Shown: piece after piece, positions 19,601-27,634 of the stretch
Position numbering within the stretch: the first letter of the stretch is position 1
Layout of the letters: every line of letters starts with the position of its first letter
From: Bacteroidota bacterium
GTDB taxonomy: Bacteria; Bacteroidota; Bacteroidia; Bacteroidales; CAIWKO01
DNA length: 64,000 nucleotides
Assembly: GCA_037133915.1 (NCBI GenBank)
Contig: JBAXND010000005.1
Span: forward strand, 488-64,487
Direction of reading: 5' to 3'
Notes under the pieces: model-generated
Databases searched by the model: none
What the model saw: the letters and a program-made list of their open reading frames with translations, nothing else
What the model was told of the DNA's origin: nothing
Made by a program: the position numbers and the translations under genes

Positions 19601-19744
19601 GATATTTATTTCCCGATGTTGCTTTCTGAAGATTTAAAAAGTGCCGGGAAATTATTTGAAACACATTACCCTGAGAAGATACGGTTCACGCTGAATCTGA
19701 AAAAGCTGAATCCGTTGGAACTGATTAAAAATCCTGATTTTTGA
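16682..19744 (+). CDS. M1-family zinc metallopeptidase with a roughly 450-aa uncharacterised C-terminal extension
   Basis: Signal peptide MFDKRISIFIFFLASLQCVAQS. GGMEYPT exopeptidase-like motif. HEVGHNWFYG followed 18 residues later by WMDEG (HEXXH-X18-E). Confidence 0.85.
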   Translation: MFDKRISIFIFFLASLQCVAQSYFQQKTDYTISVSLNDSSHELDATERIDYTNNSPDTLHEIWFHLWPNGYADKHSAMSEQFLSQGNGNFYFADNDDLGSIDGLKFRVNDTSARYEFDARNKDICVLHLNRPLCPGRKITVTTPFHVDIPDVRFSRMGHHGQAYYITQWYPKPAVYDNNGWNTFPYLDQGEFYSEFGTFDVTLTLPQNYVVAATGDLISPLSELDWLDSIARRPLPATPSKKVTDEVIPESSVLTKTLRYHQENIHDFAWFADKTYQVRKSEVVLPSGRKVTTRVFFNNKNAKLWDKAVNYVNRSVSYYSEKVGEYPYNVCSAVENPSYGGGMEYPTITLIGDAGSALSLEEVIVHEVGHNWFYGILASNERNEPWMDEGMNSFYTQRYMMDTHPELKLYDSQGLYKWIAKLFALDKAPQQAMSDLPWLFSFLRNNDQAANLTSTAYSSLNYGSVVYMKSSMSFLWLMNSLGTAEFDKAMKQYFETWKLRHPDAKDFRKSFVSTTGKKSEWFFDDLLTSCKKPDYKICNIKKTMDPQSFTGDAWQVTIKNSGDIEGPFSVSSMIKDSIISTQWFDGFKGKRALFVHFIDFDKVRIDAGYTMLESNRKNNSIRRSGILKRMKPPAFRLFASVPHEDKTEIFFAPVIGWNKYDHFMAGIALYSSPLFPRKFDYLLMPLYSTGSKEISGSANIGYSILPRQSRIQRIRIGMYASRYHYNDYPFLMHYVKLSPEIGIDIVPKSASNRLKQHIRLRDVSLYKQSYEYVKIGEGLGDPSGLPYNIYTLERTDENYSIYELSYFIGKQTPVNPFNATATIQAGEGMAKFFVEGNYRAVYSKNKGLDIRLFYGTFLMRPTNSVYDFRFHLSGQSGYQDYMYDNIYLGRNDANIPCSNQFSETDGGFKYATAVGMTWDWLFAVNLKTSLPGKLPFKLYADFGTYRNAAHAFTGSKALSYDAGVQLSIINNIFDIYFPMLLSEDLKSAGKLFETHYPEKIRFTLNLKKLNPLELIKNPDF

Positions 19745-19745
19745 G

Positions 19746-20543
19746 GTGGAGGAACAAACAACCATAACGAACGAGAATATCAGCGGTAAAATATATTTTG
19801 CCTCCGACTGCCATCTGGGTGTGCCCGATGCCGCAAGCAGTCTGGTGCGCGAGAAGCTTTTTGTGGCATGGCTTGAAGAAGCCCGCAAGGATGCTGCCGA
19901 AATTTATCTTTGCGGCGATATTTTTGATTTTTGGTTCGAATATAAAACCGTTATTCCGAAAGGTTTTTCGAGATTGTTGGGTACTCTTTCTTCTATTACC
20001 GATTCAGGAATAAAGGTTCATTATTTTACCGGAAACCACGATATGTGGGTGTTTCGCTATTTTACCGAAGAATTGGGAATGCCCGTATACCGTAAGCCTA
20101 TCGTCAGGATGATTAACGGAAAAAAAATGATGATTGGGCATGGCGATGGTCTGGGCCCGGGCGACTACGGATATAAATTCATTAAAAAAGTTTTTGCAAA
20201 CAGAATATGTCAGGTGTTGTTTGCATGGCTGCATCCACGGGTTGGCGTCGGTATGGCACTGTTCTTTTCGCGCCGAAGCCGTGTGGCTCGTGGCAATACC
20301 GATGAGGTATTCAGAGGCGAAGACGGAGAACGCCTGCTTGTCTATACAAAACAACTTCTTGCAAAAGAACACTTTGATTATTTTATTTTCGGTCACAGAC
20401 ACCTGCCTCTTGATATTAAGCTTGCCGAAAACTCCAGATATATCAACCTGGGGGACTGGATTTCCAATTTCACTTACGGCGTCTTAGACGGTGGGCACTT
20501 TGAGCTGAAACGCTTCGAAAAACAGGTGGTCAACTTCTTATAA
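19746..20543 (+). CDS. lpxH: UDP-2,3-diacylglucosamine diphosphatase (LpxH-type metallophosphoesterase), GTG start
   Basis: Calcineurin-like motifs SDCHLG, CGDIFDFWFEY, GNHDMW and GHRH. About 265 aa, typical of LpxH. Confidence 0.75.
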   Translation: MEEQTTITNENISGKIYFASDCHLGVPDAASSLVREKLFVAWLEEARKDAAEIYLCGDIFDFWFEYKTVIPKGFSRLLGTLSSITDSGIKVHYFTGNHDMWVFRYFTEELGMPVYRKPIVRMINGKKMMIGHGDGLGPGDYGYKFIKKVFANRICQVLFAWLHPRVGVGMALFFSRRSRVARGNTDEVFRGEDGERLLVYTKQLLAKEHFDYFIFGHRHLPLDIKLAENSRYINLGDWISNFTYGVLDGGHFELKRFEKQVVNFL

Positions 20544-20623
20544 AAAAGGAGCCGCGCTCCGGCGACTCCCTTCTTCATTAACCCCAAACCATGTTTTAGA
20601 AAATTTTGTGGAACGCTTAAGTG

Positions 20624-20869
20624 TTAGTTAGTGAAGTTTTCTGCAGCGTTGTTTATATTTGATTTTTTTGGCGATTGGTAAATACCGTTCGCATGTGCAA
20701 TTGCCGGACTAATTGTGTGTGTGATGCCGTGACTGTTTCCTGTTTCGTGCACCAATGTTATTTGTGCGTTTACCGGGGTGAGCAGCGATATCTGAAAAAG
20801 TTTTACTATAAGAACGCGAATCATATTTTTTCGCGAAAAAAATGCCGATTTATTTTTGAAGATTTTCAT
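20624..20869 (-). CDS. Small predicted secreted His-rich protein (hypothetical)
   Basis: 81-aa ORF. A signal-peptide-like segment MIRVLIVKLFQISLLTPVNA|Q (alternative start at 20824). The mature roughly 45 aa are ITLVHETGNSHGITHTISPAIAHANGIYQSPKK.... It lies 18 nt downstream of a co-oriented 49-aa ORF. No family recognised. Confidence 0.4.
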   Translation of the reverse strand: MKIFKNKSAFFSRKNMIRVLIVKLFQISLLTPVNAQITLVHETGNSHGITHTISPAIAHANGIYQSPKKSNINNAAENFTN

Positions 20870-20887
20870 GACAGTTGTTTTCGGTTG

Positions 20888-21037
20888 TTACAAATAGAAG
20901 CTCTCTCTTTTGTTAATCAATGCCCGACTGCTTGCCGGGTTCATAATAACCGGTTTCAGTAAGATATCCGTCTGTTTGTTACTGAAACCTGTTTTTTTAA
21001 TTAATGCCTGCCTGAGTAATTCGATAGCATTTTTCAT
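20888..21037 (-). CDS. 49-aa hypothetical ORF (not in the ORF track)
   Basis: Encodes MKNAIELLRQALIKKTGFSNKQTDILLKPVIMNPASSRALINKRESFYL. It is preceded by two -7 boxes and a structured leader, and followed by the 81-aa ORF. Confidence 0.3.
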   Translation of the reverse strand: MKNAIELLRQALIKKTGFSNKQTDILLKPVIMNPASSRALINKRESFYL

Positions 21038-21067
21038 GTTGCTTATTTTTTTTACCGGTTATTGAAT

Positions 21068-21128
21068 AATCCCGGAAAGTAAAAAGTAGGCGGGCAGGTA
21101 TTGTTAACTGAGTTCTGATTCCGGGATT
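21068..21128 (-). promoter_or_regulatory. Long hairpin in the 5' leader of the small-ORF unit
   Basis: 10-bp perfect inverted repeat AATCCCGGAA (21068-21077) / TTCCGGGATT (21119-21128) enclosing 41 nt. It lies between the candidate promoter and the ATG at 21037. Confidence 0.4.
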
Positions 21129-21142
21129 TTAAAATCAAAGAA

Positions 21143-21161
21143 CAAATGTATTACAAAGATA
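21143..21161 (-). promoter_or_regulatory. Two adjacent -7 boxes (TATCTTTG and TACATTTG) reading toward the small ORFs
   Basis: The minus strand reads TATCTTTGtaaTACATTTG in a very AT-rich stretch, about 105-125 nt upstream of the ATG at 21037. Confidence 0.4.
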
Positions 21162-21492
21162 CAATCAAAAATTGAAAAGTCAAGTAAAAAATGAAATATA
21201 TTTTCATGCCAAAATTAACTATACTGAAAATCAAACAATAATCATATTATTGCATATTAAAAAATCCCAAAATGGGAATAAAATTACATGAAAACTGGCA
21301 TTTATGATGTGTATATTCATCTTAAGCCTGGGAAACTATTTCGGTGGCATGGTGAATTATCATTCTGTATTTCTATTGATGTTGCTTTTCCTGTAACGGT
21401 ATCTGGTGGGGATTGTACCGTGGCTCTATTTCAGTCAAACCTTTGATAACGTGGAGAAGCAAACACTTTCTGGCAAGAAGAAGACTGGAAAA

Positions 21493-22755
21493 TCAGATTA
21501 TATTGAGGCGGTTTGCGTCCTGTTTCAGAAATACGAAAAGAAGAATTGTAAAGGCAAGCATGGATGAACCTCCATAGCTGATGTAGGGCAGGGGTATACC
21601 TACAACAGGCGCAAGTCCAATTGTCATTCCTACATTAATAATGAGATGAAAAAAGAGTATGGATGCCACGCCATAACCATAAATCCGACCGAACATAGAC
21701 CGCTGCCGCTCTGCGAGAAACATCAGCCGAATCAGCAATATCAAGAATAATCCAATTACGACAGTGGTTCCGAAAAACCCCCATTCTTCGCCAATGGTAC
21801 AGAAAATAAAATCGGTGTTCTGTTCCGGCACAAATTTGTACTTTGTCTGGGTGCCATGCAGGAAACCTTTTCCTAAAAGTCCTCCGGAACCGATTGCAAT
21901 TTTTGATTGATTTACATTGTATCCTGCACCTTTCAAATCAGTGTCCTTACCAATCAAAACATCAATTCTTTTCCGCTGATGTTCGTTGAGTGCGCGGCTG
22001 TACATGAGATTTACACTAAGCACAAAAATAAGGGCAGCCGCCACAAGCCCGCTGAAGACGAGAATATTTTTTCTGCTGCGGCGAATAAAGAAAAACATAA
22101 CAATAGCCAGAACTACGATGGTTCCGATTATGATATAAATATTCAGCAGCAGCGTCAGCATAAAAACAACAATAGCCAGAAACAGCGTTATCAGAACATT
22201 GCCCGAAAGCCCTTCTCTGTAAAGAACAAAAATGAATGCAGTAAAGACAAGCACGGAGCCGGTTTCGTTTTGCAGCAATATCAGTGCTGCCGGAATTAAC
22301 ATCAAAACAATTACAACCACTCTTGTGCGAAAATCCTGTATTAAAATTCCGGAATCGCCGAGGTATTTGGCAAGTGTGAGTGCAACAGCAAATTTGGCAA
22401 ATTCGGATGGCTGAAACCGTATGGTTTCAGTAAAATAAATCCACGAGCGCGAACCGTTCACCTCTTTGCCAAGGAATAATACCAACACAAGCATCAGTAG
22501 GGTAAATCCATAGATAGGGTAGGCAAAGGTGGAAAAGAATTTTGGATCGATGAGCATGATAAAAAATGCAAGCAGAAACGCAACAAGTATCCAGATGAAT
22601 TGTTTGCCGTATTCCTGCGAAAGGTCGAAAATACTGCGGTGTTCTTCGTTGAATGCGGCAGCATATATGTTTACCCAGCCGATGCCTACAAGCAGCACAA
22701 ACAACAGCAGCGCGATTCTGTCTATATTGGAGAATATGTTTTTCGGTTCTCTCAT
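21493..22755 (-). CDS. rodA: Rod shape-determining protein RodA (SEDS family peptidoglycan polymerase)
   Basis: 420 aa with about 10 TM helices. FtsW/RodA/SpoVE signature regions (RFQPSEFAKF, GSGGLLGKGF, EQNTDFIF). Confidence 0.9.
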   Translation of the reverse strand: MREPKNIFSNIDRIALLLFVLLVGIGWVNIYAAAFNEEHRSIFDLSQEYGKQFIWILVAFLLAFFIMLIDPKFFSTFAYPIYGFTLLMLVLVLFLGKEVNGSRSWIYFTETIRFQPSEFAKFAVALTLAKYLGDSGILIQDFRTRVVVIVLMLIPAALILLQNETGSVLVFTAFIFVLYREGLSGNVLITLFLAIVVFMLTLLLNIYIIIGTIVVLAIVMFFFIRRSRKNILVFSGLVAAALIFVLSVNLMYSRALNEHQRKRIDVLIGKDTDLKGAGYNVNQSKIAIGSGGLLGKGFLHGTQTKYKFVPEQNTDFIFCTIGEEWGFFGTTVVIGLFLILLIRLMFLAERQRSMFGRIYGYGVASILFFHLIINVGMTIGLAPVVGIPLPYISYGGSSMLAFTILLFVFLKQDANRLNII

Positions 22756-22760
22756 CAGCC

Positions 22761-24578
22761 CTACTGGTTCGTTGTTTTTCCTGTCAGTATTTCCTGCTCA
22801 AGGTCAAGGCGTTTCACTTTCCCGGTGAGATAACGCTCAATCAGCAAGCTGGCTACCGGAGCTGCCCACGTAGCGCCGTATCCCGAATTTTCAACAATAA
22901 CCGCAATCGCAATTTTCGGATTTTCTTTGGGCGCAAATGCCATAAAAATAGAATGATTCTTCCCTGAATTTTGTGCCGTTCCGGTTTTTCCGCAAACGGT
23001 AATGCTGTCCATCTTCACGTTGTGAGCCGTGCCGGCCTCCACCACATTGGCCATTCCGTCTATTATCGGTCCAAAATACATCGGGTTTACCAATGTCTGA
23101 TTCTTTTTAGTATAACGTGCATTTAAATTCTGAAGGTTGCCTATCGCTTTAACTACATGAGGCGTATAAAACCATCCTTTATTTGCAATGATACACGCAA
23201 CATTTGCCAGTTGCAGGGGCGTGAGCTGAATCTCGCCCTGACCAATTGCAATTGAAATGATGGAAAGTGAACGCCAGCGGTTCTTTCCGAATGCACGGTC
23301 GTAATAATTATCGGTCGGAATATAGCCTGCAGATTCATTTGGCACATCACATCTCAGTTTTATTCCGAGTCCAAAACTCAGGATATACTTTCGCCACACG
23401 TTGAATGCTTCTCGGGTGCTCCTGTACTTCTTGTTATCAATGATGTTTTTAAACGCTTTGCAGAAATAGGCATTGCACGAATAGGCAATAGCTGCTTCTA
23501 ATGCCAGAGGCGAAGCATGATTGTGGCAGCCTACCATTTTTCCGTTTCCGAGCGGAAAACCACCATAACATGGAAACAATGTGGAAGTCGTAATAACTTG
23601 TTCCTGTTCGGCGATTAGTCCAATAACCGGCTTAAATGTTGAGCCGGGAGGATACCTGCCGTTAAGCGCACGATTGAACAATGGCAGACTTTTATCAAGC
23701 AAGAGCGTGAAATAATTAGCGGCACGGTCGCGACCCACCAGCAACGACGGGTTGTACGAAGGGCTGGAAACCATGGCAAGAATACCTCCGGTAGAAGGGT
23801 CAATTGCCACAATTGCACCCCGTTTGTTTTGCATGAGCTGTTCGCCATAAGTTTGCAAATCGAGGTCAATAAAGGTGAACAGGTTTTGACCGGCTTTCGC
23901 TTCCAGATCAAACTTCCCGTCCATATAACTTCCTTTGTCGCGGCCGTGAACATCAACCATAATTACCTTAATGCCTTTACGGCCACGCAGTTCGCGCTCG
24001 TATGATTTTTCAATACCGCTGATTCCGACATAATCACCCGGACGGTAATAATCATCTTCTTTAATCATATCAGGAGTAACTTCCGAGATATAGCCAAGTA
24101 CATGCGAAGCGATTGGTTGCGGATAATTGCGGATGGTACGTGCCTGTACCCGGAATCCGGGAAAACTGATGAGCTTCTCCTGCAGCATACCATACACTTC
24201 ACGTGGAATCTTTTCTTCAAATATCGACGGCAAATAGGGCGAATAATTACTCGCGGCCTTCACACGCCTGATAAACACATCTTTTGTAACACCGGTCAGT
24301 TTGCAAAACTCAACGGTGTCCATTTTATCCGGCAGCTGATACGGAATTACCACAAGATCATACGTAGCTTCATTGAAAACAAGAAGCCTGCCTTTTGCAT
24401 CGTAAATGAGCCCGCGGGCAGGGTATTCGGTGTTGTATCGAAGTACATTATTGTCGGCGAAATATTTATAACTGGTATCAATTACCTGAATGTAAAACAG
24501 ACGGACAATAAAAATAAACCCGATTACAAGAAATACAATAGATATAACGTAACGCCTGCCTGAATATGTTTTTTTCAC
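22761..24578 (-). CDS. mrdA: Penicillin-binding protein 2 (elongation-specific transpeptidase)
   Basis: An N-terminal TM anchor, a PBP dimerisation domain, and the transpeptidase motifs STFKP (SxxK), SCN (SxN) and KTGTA (KTG). Confidence 0.9.
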   Translation of the reverse strand: MKKTYSGRRYVISIVFLVIGFIFIVRLFYIQVIDTSYKYFADNNVLRYNTEYPARGLIYDAKGRLLVFNEATYDLVVIPYQLPDKMDTVEFCKLTGVTKDVFIRRVKAASNYSPYLPSIFEEKIPREVYGMLQEKLISFPGFRVQARTIRNYPQPIASHVLGYISEVTPDMIKEDDYYRPGDYVGISGIEKSYERELRGRKGIKVIMVDVHGRDKGSYMDGKFDLEAKAGQNLFTFIDLDLQTYGEQLMQNKRGAIVAIDPSTGGILAMVSSPSYNPSLLVGRDRAANYFTLLLDKSLPLFNRALNGRYPPGSTFKPVIGLIAEQEQVITTSTLFPCYGGFPLGNGKMVGCHNHASPLALEAAIAYSCNAYFCKAFKNIIDNKKYRSTREAFNVWRKYILSFGLGIKLRCDVPNESAGYIPTDNYYDRAFGKNRWRSLSIISIAIGQGEIQLTPLQLANVACIIANKGWFYTPHVVKAIGNLQNLNARYTKKNQTLVNPMYFGPIIDGMANVVEAGTAHNVKMDSITVCGKTGTAQNSGKNHSIFMAFAPKENPKIAIAVIVENSGYGATWAAPVASLLIERYLTGKVKRLDLEQEILTGKTTNQ

Positions 24579-24734
24579 CGATGGTTCTGTTCAGAATATA
24601 GTGAGCAAAGGTAATTTGAAAAATCATACCTGCGGTCTAAACTTTTTTGAAAATTTTAACCGTCCAAAATATTAAACTGAGAAATATCAGTGAAAGTTTT
24701 TTAACGAAAAGTGTGGGAGAAATGCATGTTGTAT

Positions 24735-24742
24735 TATCTTTG
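24735..24742 (+). promoter_or_regulatory. Candidate -7 box (TATCTTTG) of the TetR/efflux operon
   Basis: TAnnTTTG located 53 nt upstream of the TetR ATG. Confidence 0.4.
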
Positions 24743-24751
24743 CCGTCTGGT

Positions 24752-24774
24752 TTAACCATTTGATTAAACCATTT
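24752..24774 (+). promoter_or_regulatory. Tandem TTAA(A)CCATTT repeats, a candidate TetR operator
   Basis: TTAACCATTT (24752-24761) and TTAAACCATTT (24764-24774) lie directly downstream of the -7 box and upstream of the TetR gene. Confidence 0.35.
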
Positions 24775-24794
24775 AATTAAAATTATGTGTTTTC

Positions 24795-25406
24795 ATGGTC
24801 GAACAGGAAATAAATACCGAAAATAAAATACTGGATGCCGCCAAGAGGGTATTCCTGAAGAATGGATTTGACGGGGCACGTATGCAGGAAATTGCAACAG
24901 AAGCCGGGATTAATAAAGCCTTGCTTCATTACTATTTCAGAAGCAAAGACAAGCTGTTTGATGCAATTTTTACCGAAGCGTTCAGTCAGTTTTTGCCGAA
25001 AGTCGGAGAAGTGATGATGACAGACATACCATTTCTTGAAAAAATCAGAATCTTTATTGATAGTTACATCAATATGCTCACTAAAAATCCGCACCTGCCC
25101 ATTTTTGTGCTCCACGAGCTTCACCGTAACCCCGGAAGGATTGTTCAGATAATAAAAAATACAGGCGTCGACCCCAACATCATTTCTAAGATTCTGAAAT
25201 CTGAAGCGAAAAAAGGAAATATTGTTGAAATGGACGCAAAGCATCTGGTGCCGAATATTATCGGACTGTGCCTGTTCCCGTTTGTGGCTCGCCCAATTTT
25301 ACAGGCCATTATTTTTAATGGCGATGAAAAAGCATATGAAAGCTATTTGCTGGAACGAAAAGAGGAAGTATATAAGTTCATTACAAATGCATTAATAAAA
25401 AAGTAA
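24795..25406 (+). CDS. TetR/AcrR-family transcriptional regulator
   Basis: N-terminal HTH ILDAAKRVFLKNGFDGARMQEIATEAGINKALLHYYFRSKDKLF. Confidence 0.9.
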   Translation: MVEQEINTENKILDAAKRVFLKNGFDGARMQEIATEAGINKALLHYYFRSKDKLFDAIFTEAFSQFLPKVGEVMMTDIPFLEKIRIFIDSYINMLTKNPHLPIFVLHELHRNPGRIVQIIKNTGVDPNIISKILKSEAKKGNIVEMDAKHLVPNIIGLCLFPFVARPILQAIIFNGDEKAYESYLLERKEEVYKFITNALIKK

Positions 25407-25411
25407 TCCGA

Positions 25412-26686
25412 ATGATACAGAAAGTAAAAAAATCCATTTTTGTGCTGATGCTGTTGTCGCCATTTTGCATGAATGCTCAGAGTAAGGATACCCTGAGTTT
25501 GCAGTATTTTTACCAACACGCGCAAGCCAATTACCCTATTACCCGCCAGAAAGACCTGATGACACAGGCTACCGATATCAAAATTAAAAATCTCACAAAG
25601 GCCTATTTTCCTCAGGTGTATCTTAACGGACAGGCGGGTTATCAGTCTGATGTTACCTCTGTTCAGATACCCATGATAAAGCTTCCGGGATTGGATAAAG
25701 ACAGCTACAAGGCTACACTAGATGTATCGCAAACATTGTGGGATGGTGGCGCATCCTCAGCCCAGAAACATCTTGAACAGGCCGGTTTGCAAGTTGATCA
25801 GCAGGGTGTTGAAGTTGAGATAATACGATTGAAAGAACGTATAAACCAGTTATTTTTCAGTGTGCTGCTATTTCAGGAAAATGAACGCCTGCTGCTGAAT
25901 GCGCAGGAACAGATACGCGCACAACTTAAAAAAGTGGAAGCCGGCGTAGAAGGTGATATTTTACTGTCGAGCAATGCAGATGTGCTGAAAGCCGAGCTCC
26001 TGAAAAGTGACCAGCAAATGATAGAAATACGAATGGGGAAAAACACGGCGCTGGAGATGCTTGGCGAACTTTCGGGAATTTCAATACCTGCCGGATCCGC
26101 ATGCGGCATTCCGGATTTGGCGGTAAATACCGGTACCGAAGAAAATAACCGTCCGGAAATGAAGCTGTACGACCTTCAAATGGTGAAACTAGATGCATCA
26201 AAAAAAATTGCAGATACTCGGTTGATGCCTAAGATTTCCGCATACGGGCAGTTAGGCTACGGTCGGCCGGGACTGAATATGCTCTCGAATGAATTCAATG
26301 ACTGGTATATGTTTGGAGCGAAAGTGAGCTGGAACGTCTGGAACTGGAACCTATCAAAAAATGAAAAGAAAATTGCGGATCTTCAGAAAGAGATTGTCAC
26401 AACCCAAAAAGAAACCTTCATAAAGAATGTTAATGTAAATGCACGTAAGGATATTGGCGATATTGAGAAGTACTCACAACTCATCGAAAAGGATTTGGAG
26501 ATTACCGCACTCAGAAAAAAAATAACACAAACATCATCAGCACAACTCGAAAACGGCGTTATCACGGCAACAGAATACATCACGGAGCTGAACAATGAAC
26601 TGCAGGCCGCATTGAATCTTGAATTGCATAAAATTCAGAAACAAATGGCAAAAATAAGTTTCCTGAGTGATACCGGAAAGCTGTAA
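25412..26686 (+). CDS. TolC-family outer-membrane efflux protein
   Basis: Signal peptide, about 424 aa, and a duplicated coiled-coil/beta-barrel repeat pattern typical of OEP/TolC. Confidence 0.85.
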   Translation: MIQKVKKSIFVLMLLSPFCMNAQSKDTLSLQYFYQHAQANYPITRQKDLMTQATDIKIKNLTKAYFPQVYLNGQAGYQSDVTSVQIPMIKLPGLDKDSYKATLDVSQTLWDGGASSAQKHLEQAGLQVDQQGVEVEIIRLKERINQLFFSVLLFQENERLLLNAQEQIRAQLKKVEAGVEGDILLSSNADVLKAELLKSDQQMIEIRMGKNTALEMLGELSGISIPAGSACGIPDLAVNTGTEENNRPEMKLYDLQMVKLDASKKIADTRLMPKISAYGQLGYGRPGLNMLSNEFNDWYMFGAKVSWNVWNWNLSKNEKKIADLQKEIVTTQKETFIKNVNVNARKDIGDIEKYSQLIEKDLEITALRKKITQTSSAQLENGVITATEYITELNNELQAALNLELHKIQKQMAKISFLSDTGKL

Positions 26687-26744
26687 GAAATTCAGAGCGC
26701 CGAAAAAATAATTCTAAAGAAATAAACTGTAATTTGATAAAGAC

Positions 26745-27617
26745 ATGAAAAAATATTTTTTATTAGCTACAATGGCGGCACTTACAGCCTGCAATAGTAA
26801 AGAAAAGAATTCTGACGCATTCGGAAATTTTGAGGCAACCGAGGTTATCGTTTCATCAGAAACATCGGGAAAAATAGTGAGTATTAATGTGGATGAAGGG
26901 AGTGTCGTTAAACAGGGCGAAATTGCGGCATTGATTGATACCACAGATTTGTTCCTGAAAAAGGAACAAATGAAAGCCCAGAAAGCTTCTGTGGCTTCGC
27001 GCTCTGCCGGTGTGTTTTCACAAATTGATGTCCAGAAACAGCAGAAACAAAATCTGCTGGTTGATAAAGCCCGGATTGAAAAACTTTACAAGGACGGAGC
27101 CGCAACAAAAAAACAGCTTGACGACATCAACGGCGCAATTAGCGTGGTTGATAAGCAAATTCTCTCCATAGAAACGCAGAATGCGCCGGTGGTCAGCGAT
27201 ATGGCAAGCATTGATAAACAGATTGCTCAGGTTGACGAAAGTCTGCGCAAATGCCGCGTTCTGAATCCTGTCAACGGAACCGTTCTTGATAAATACGCTG
27301 AAGCTGGCGAGGTAACAACCGTCGGAAAAGCACTTTACAAAATTGCCGACCTCAGCACCCTGGAGCTACGTGTATACGTTAGTGGAGAGCAGTTGCCTTC
27401 GGTAAAAATCGGCGGAAAAACCGATGTTATTATTGATGGGAAGAACAGTGCGCCGCTTGAAGGAACCATAAGCTGGATATCCTCAACCGCGGAATTCACA
27501 CCTAAAATAATCCAGACAAAAGAAGAACGGGTGAATCTGGTTTATGCCGTAAAAATAAGTGTGAAAAATGACGGCAGCTTAAAAATTGGTATGCCGGGCG
27601 AAGTGAAATTTAAGTAA
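26745..27617 (+). CDS. HlyD-family periplasmic adaptor (membrane fusion) lipoprotein
   Basis: Lipobox ALTACNS, a lipoyl-like hairpin (SGKIVSINVDEGSVVKQGEIAALID), a coiled coil, and the beta-barrel end GMPGEVKF. Confidence 0.85.
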   Translation: MKKYFLLATMAALTACNSKEKNSDAFGNFEATEVIVSSETSGKIVSINVDEGSVVKQGEIAALIDTTDLFLKKEQMKAQKASVASRSAGVFSQIDVQKQQKQNLLVDKARIEKLYKDGAATKKQLDDINGAISVVDKQILSIETQNAPVVSDMASIDKQIAQVDESLRKCRVLNPVNGTVLDKYAEAGEVTTVGKALYKIADLSTLELRVYVSGEQLPSVKIGGKTDVIIDGKNSAPLEGTISWISSTAEFTPKIIQTKEERVNLVYAVKISVKNDGSLKIGMPGEVKFK

Positions 27618-27634
27618 ATACTCTAGCGTAATCA

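Noticed and set aside
20675-20962. 95-aa Cys-rich ORF on the plus strand (MCNCRTNCVCD...) with a TATATTTG box at 20654-20661 upstream
   Set aside because: It is exactly antisense to the 81-aa signal-peptide ORF. Its Cys codons are the reverse complement of the Thr/Ala codons there, its composition looks like antisense noise, and TAnnTTTG matches are expected by chance in AT-rich DNA. I cannot exclude it without expression data.
21304-21396. 30-aa very hydrophobic ORF (MMCIFILSLGNYFGGMVNYHSVFLLMLLFL) reminiscent of type I toxins
   Set aside because: There is no promoter box, no recognisable antisense partner and no conservation evidence. Short hydrophobic ORFs arise easily in T-rich sequence.
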